A stretch of DNA of 64,000 bases. It comes from Octopus vulgaris (Eukaryota). The position numbers and the translations under genes are program-made. Of this stretch, positions 58,289 through 64,000 are shown piece after piece; positions within the stretch are counted from its first letter, which is position 1; the number at the start of each line of letters is the position of its first letter. Below the pieces are notes generated by a model that was not told where the DNA came from, did not search any database, and worked only from the letters and a program-made list of their open reading frames with translations. Location of the stretch: assembly GCA_951406725.2 (NCBI GenBank), contig OX597821.1, forward strand, positions 930,001 through 994,000, in the 5' to 3' direction.

Positions 58289-58794
58289 TATATATATATA
58301 TATAAAATACAAAAATGGGACAAGAACGCATAACATCCAGACAGTTAGGTGAAACTAAAAAAGGAAAACAAAATATCCAGACAGACGATACAAGGAAACA
58401 AGGACGGATCGTTCAGAGTTATTTTTAATCCTCAGTCGAGTTCCAGATTATCTTTGCAATTTCGGCTGGTTATACTCGAGATTGCTCCATATATATATGT
58501 TTCATACTATAACTTTGAAATGACGACCACCGTGATACATTACTGAATTAACGGTTAATAATATCAACCGATAGCTGCAAACCTTCATAAGAAATATGGA
58601 GTAGGTTTCGCATTTCCTTTAAAAAGTGAGAAATTCTAACGGGTGGATTTTGTCGCAGACATTGTGACAAGGTTTTGCGTATTTGAACAGAATTAAGGAT
58701 TTTCCAGATCCATTCATACATACACCCACCATTGCAATAACTTTGTGGTGATTAGTACATTAAGACAAGTATGACTACTTCAGGTATCAAATTA

Positions 58795-59115
58795 AAAAGT
58801 GTGGGCGGACAGGTGTTTCCTTACCGTTGTCTGTTGGTTATTACACTAAGACAAGGAAGGCTGCGGCAGATGTTAGACCTACCTACCTACGTTGGTAGAC
58901 AGGTATTTATCCTTGTCTGCGTTAGTGGACAAGTATTTCTCATTACCCGTTTACATTTATTATTACTGCAGACAGGTACATCTACATCATGTCTCAGACG
59001 GTGTAGTTGATTATTACAGGAAGACAAGTTAGTCTACGTTAGGTGAACAGGTGTGTTTCCTTATCACATTGCATTGGTTATTACAGGTAGGACAGTAAGT
59101 CTGCATCAGGTGTCA
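58795..59115. repeat. Degenerate tandem repeat (GACAGGT / TTATTAC motifs)
   Basis: Recurrent ACAGGT..TTTCC..TTATTAC blocks. Confidence 0.55.
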
Positions 59116-59431
59116 TATCTATCTGTGTCTGTGTGTGAATAAGTGTGTCGACTTATCTCTGTATTTGTCTGTGTGTGAATACAATTGTGAGTATATAAAC
59201 GGGTGTGTATGTTTGTGTTTGTAAAGATTCGCACATAAATAAGTGTCTATGTTTACTTACATACATGCATACATACATACACACACACACATATATATAC
59301 ATATAAAAGAATAAAAGAAAAAAAGACTGTATATATATATATATACATACATATATATACATACACATATACATATATATATACTCACGCACATATTGTC
59401 ACCTGGATTACATACATACATGCATGCATAC

Positions 59432-59475
<44 letters not shown>

Positions 59476-59477
<2 letters not shown>

Positions 59478-59692
59478 TCTTTTACTCTTTTATTCTTTTA
59501 TTTGTTTCAGTCATTTGACTGTGGCCATGCTGGAGCACCGCCTTTAGTCGAGCAAATCAACCCCGGAACTTATTCTTTGTAAGCCCAGTACTTATTCTAT
59601 CGGTCTCTTTTGCCGAACCGCTAAGTTACGGGGACGTAAACACACCAGCATCGGTTGCCAAGCAATGCTAGGGGGACAAACACACAAACAAA

Positions 59693-59760
<68 letters not shown>

Positions 59761-59922
59761 CATATACGACAGGATTCTTTCAGTTTCCGTCTACCAAATC
59801 CACTCACAAGGCATTGGTCGGCCCAGGGCTATAGCAGAAGACACTTGCCCAAGATGCCACGCAGTGGGACTGAACCCGGAACCATGTGGTTGGTTAGCAA
59901 GCTACTTACCACACAGCCACTC
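59476..59922 (-). mobile_element. SINE family 2, full length, well-preserved copy
   Basis: Complete head, internal (TA)/(TG)n, 3' module and (TAAAAGAG)-type tail. Confidence 0.9.
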
Positions 59923-59936
59923 GTATGTATGTATGT

Positions 59937-59978
<42 letters not shown>

Positions 59979-59982
59979 GTAC

Positions 59983-60027
<45 letters not shown>

Positions 60028-60029
60028 AC

Positions 60030-60069
<40 letters not shown>

Positions 60070-61073
60070 TCTTTTATTCGCTTCAGCCATGCAGTTGCAG
60101 CCACGCTGGAGCAGCACCATATATATGTATGTATAACATATATTATCGCCTGAAGGATCGCAGATAGTGAAACACTCAGATTAGCAACGCGACAGATCGG
60201 AGAATAATCAACTTTGAACCAATAAACGTTACTATACGAATGTTGAGTAATTATTTTTTTTTCTCCCCTTCCCGTTTCTATACCCAAACACACACACACA
60301 CACACACATACACACACACACGCACGCACACTCGTACACATACAAACACGCAAATGTCTCCTCTAGTTGTCATGCGCACTAGCACTGATGAGACAACTGC
60401 TAGACTAATGTATGTATTCAGCTCACGAAAATGTAAACGCAAATGTCTGGTTGCCTAGCAACAGCGTAAGCTCTCTAGTAATCAGGAACCCGTCAACTGT
60501 TAGCTAATCTCTTTCTTTCTCTCTCTCTCTCCCCCTCTCTCTCTCTCACTCTATCTATCTCTTCCTCTCTATAATTCTTCTGGCTCTCACCACCCTATAA
60601 GGATGTTCACCATGCAAACTTGGGAGTTGCTCAACCGATCGCCCGCAAATTGTTCCCCTAACTATACAAAAATCTAGTCTTTCGGAATTAATCATTGATT
60701 CGTTGTTGTTGTTCTTGTTGTTGATAATGTTGTTATTATTATTGTTACTGAAGGCGGCGAAATGGCAGCATCGTTAGCACCCTGGTCGAAATGCTTAACG
60801 GTTATTTCAGCCGTTCTGAGTTCAAATTCCACCAAGGTCGACTTTGCCTTTCATCCTTTCGGGATCAAAAATAAAATCACAGATGGTGTTGGTGGCGGGC
60901 GGAAAACTGTAGGGTTGCCCCGGGTAGTACCATACTTTAGCTACGCCAATGTAATTGTAAAGAAGATTTGTGTAATTGACACCCTAAATATAAAATGAAC
61001 GAAGGCGTAGGAGTGGCTGTGTGGTAAGTAAGCCTTGTGGATTTGGTAGATGGAAACTGAAAGAAGCCCATCG

Positions 61074-61130
<57 letters not shown>

Positions 61131-61732
61131 TTGTGTGTCTGTGTTTGTCCCCACAACATCGCTTGACAACCGATGCTGGTGTGTTTACTTTTGAATTACA
61201 AAGTCAAGTCTAGAGGCTTCCACACAAATTCCGTTTGCGTAATTTTACTTAGAGAGGTTTGGTTCGATCTGGAAATACAATGAAAGACACTCGTCCAAGA
61301 TACCGTGCTATGAGACTTAGCTGGGGGACTACACAATTGCGAAGCAGACAGGGACATAGTCAGGGAAGCAGGGAAGCGAAGGAGATGGGCCGCCCAGGGG
61401 AACGCTTTTAGGGGTCTCGGCACTTTGGGGTCTGCTGTATAAGCCCGGATAGATTGTGTAGTCTTCTGTGGTTGTGGTGTTGGTGGCGGGCTGAAAACTG
61501 TAGGGTTGTCCTGGGTAGTATGATATTCTAGCTACGCCATTGAAAGGAGGCTTGTTAATCGCTCGCACATTGAATACAAAAAAAAAACAAAAATGAAAAA
61601 CAAAACAAAAGATATCCACACAACCAACGAACCAACCAGGCAACTGTGAAATACGCATACAAATTAATGCGCATTCATACATTTAAAGGAACATTACTAA
61701 ATCCAGAGATACTAACCAACACAGAACGACAT

Positions 61733-61771
<39 letters not shown>

Positions 61772-62007
61772 CGTCCTTACAAGGTAACCAGCTGACTGTG
61801 TGTCTTAGAAAAGGATAATGGTTTACGTCAGTTTTAATCCAATATATTGTTGGAGCTGCCATCTTGAACCAACTTGATCGTACGTCTGTCTCTCCATTTC
61901 CAGAATACCCTCTCTATAACCAATATGCCGCTTTCTCTTTCTCTCTGTCTCTCTCTGTGTCTGTCTGTCTATTTATCTACCGATCCATCTATCTCCGTAT
62001 CCACCAT

Positions 62008-62066
<59 letters not shown>

Positions 62067-62424
62067 ATATATATTATATATATAATATATCTTATATATA
62101 TAATATATATTATATATATATTATATATCTACCAATCTAGAACCACATCTATCAATTCTCTATCTCTCTCCCTCCCCTTCATCATTGAGTTTCTCTGAAT
62201 CTCTTTCCACGTATCCCCTTTTCTATTCATGTTTGCAACCCCCTTCTTTCGGCCTATTTCATCATCTTGCATCTTCACTTTCTCTATCTCTGTTGTTCTT
62301 TCTCTCTTTTCTATTCACACGTTTCTTCCTCTTTTCTTTTTTTCACTTTTTACATTCCCTTCTCTCTTTCCGCTACCCTTTACTCTCCCCCTTACACACT
62401 TTTACTCTTTCTCACACACACACA

Positions 62425-62463
<39 letters not shown>

Positions 62464-62760
62464 CCCAACCTCTTTCGTTGTTTCACTTTCTTGATCTTAT
62501 CTCACTCGCTTTTCTCTAAATCTATCTGGTGCTTAGAGCTTGCGCACGCAAACACACACAAATGCGCGTACACACATACACACAAACATACATACATACA
62601 CACATACACACAGACATGCATACATACACACATACACACAGACATACATACATACGATCTTCAATTGCCTCAATACATTTTTATCGTGGAAATCTCTAAA
62701 TGTACTTTGTTTCCATTTTCAACATTTCTTATACAACACCTTCCTCTCAGTATATATATA

Positions 62761-62795
<35 letters not shown>

Positions 62796-62937
62796 CCGTA
62801 TTCTTTCTTCTGTCTCTGTTTCTCTATCTTACACCTTGAAATATCCTTTTATTTGTTTTAACCAGTTCATCACATTTTCCATTTTTTCATCCTCTCTCTT
62901 TCTATACTTCTCTACCTTTCTGTATACATTTTCATAT

Positions 62938-62993
<56 letters not shown>

Positions 62994-63665
62994 ATGTATA
63001 TATATGTTTGTCGTTTTGTTCTGTTGTCTTCTTCCTCATCATCTCTGCTTCTGTTCTCTCCTCGCCCATCCTCTTCCGCTCTTCCAACCCCCTCTTAATT
63101 ATGCTAGTTTCCATTAAAATTTCTCATAATCCATACTTTCTCTTTTATCCATTACCGATCTGCGTCTGAGAGCCAAAAGAAACATAAATCGACTTACGTC
63201 ACAACAATGACGGCCGTTTGCCTTCGCTAATATAATGTTCCGTAAATTGTCGTAAAATCCGCGATCGATTATGGTCGCAAAACTAGTGTTGAGGCTCTGA
63301 ATGAAAAAACAGAAAACTTACCGGTTTTTACTTAGATATTTCTGTATTTAAAAGAAATTGATGTTGACTGATCCGTTGTATAGCTTTTGTATTCTATTAT
63401 TGCTTAAAAAAATCGATTAATTTCTGTAACAAAATTATGACCGAGCCATGTCACAAAAGCTGTTACATTAATATTTATTGATGATCTATGCGACCCGGTT
63501 TATGATTAACTACTGGCATAACATCTATTACTTATATATTAAACGTGGTAGGTGATCATGTAATAGACGTTATGTTTGACCTTTTTCGCAATAAGTATGA
63601 CTTATCTTTGCACCAATCAATGTTAGATGATCCATATAACACAAGTTACAACAAACAATACAAGA

Positions 63666-63808
<143 letters not shown>

Positions 63809-63812
63809 GTGT

Positions 63813-63881
63813 TTCACTGTGGCGTAGTCGGCTAGCGCGTTCGGCTAGTAACCGAAAGGTTGGTAGCTCTTCCCAGGGACG
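63813..63881 (+). pseudogene. tRNA-Asn-derived pseudogene (anticodon loop reads AGT; T-arm damaged)
   Basis: CTGTGGCGTAGTCGGCTAGCGCGTTCGGCT-AGT-AACCGAAAGGTTGGT..CCCAGGGACG closely follows metazoan tRNA-Asn(GTT); B-box TTCGA lost. Confidence 0.75.
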
Positions 63882-64000
63882 ATGGGTTATTACAGTTTTT
63901 AGTCGCAGGAATGGCTGTGTGGTAAGAAGATTGCTTACGACCAATAGTGTTGGACAGAAAGAGAATGAGAGAATAAGTACCAGGCTTAAAAAGATATACT

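Noticed and set aside
60380-60440. Hammerhead at CTGATGAG...CGAAAATGTA
   Set aside because: Helix I and helix III cannot form; probably chance
62185-63117. 310-aa hydrophobic ORF
   Set aside because: Pyrimidine-rich low-complexity DNA plus microsatellites

Overview
AT-rich, extremely microsatellite-dense eukaryotic DNA. The SINE repertoire resembles the one I recall from coleoid cephalopods (Octopus); the organism call is an inference. I find no supportable intact host gene, and nearly all listed ORFs are translations of simple repeats. The window is a mosaic of several tRNA-derived SINE families, hAT/pogo/mariner-type MITEs, a Helentron/DINE-like element and decayed CR1, CRE, RTE, Penelope-like and Chapaev3-type relics. 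It also holds a well-preserved 5'-truncated L1/Tx1-type LINE sitting in a (TATC)n tract and a tRNA-Asn-derived pseudogene. Three observations stand out. (1) About a dozen type I hammerhead-ribozyme-like motifs lie in short non-coding elements, mostly in or beside (TA)n/(CA)n tracts. They include one family with a recurrent non-canonical core and compensatory helix I change, and one tandem dimer. (2) The L1/Tx1 LINE shares its 3'-terminal ~50 nt with the main SINE family, suggesting a LINE-SINE partnership. (3) A TSD-flanked trimeric SINE carries two alternative tails. All alignments and folds were done by eye, and coordinates of degenerate elements are approximate.
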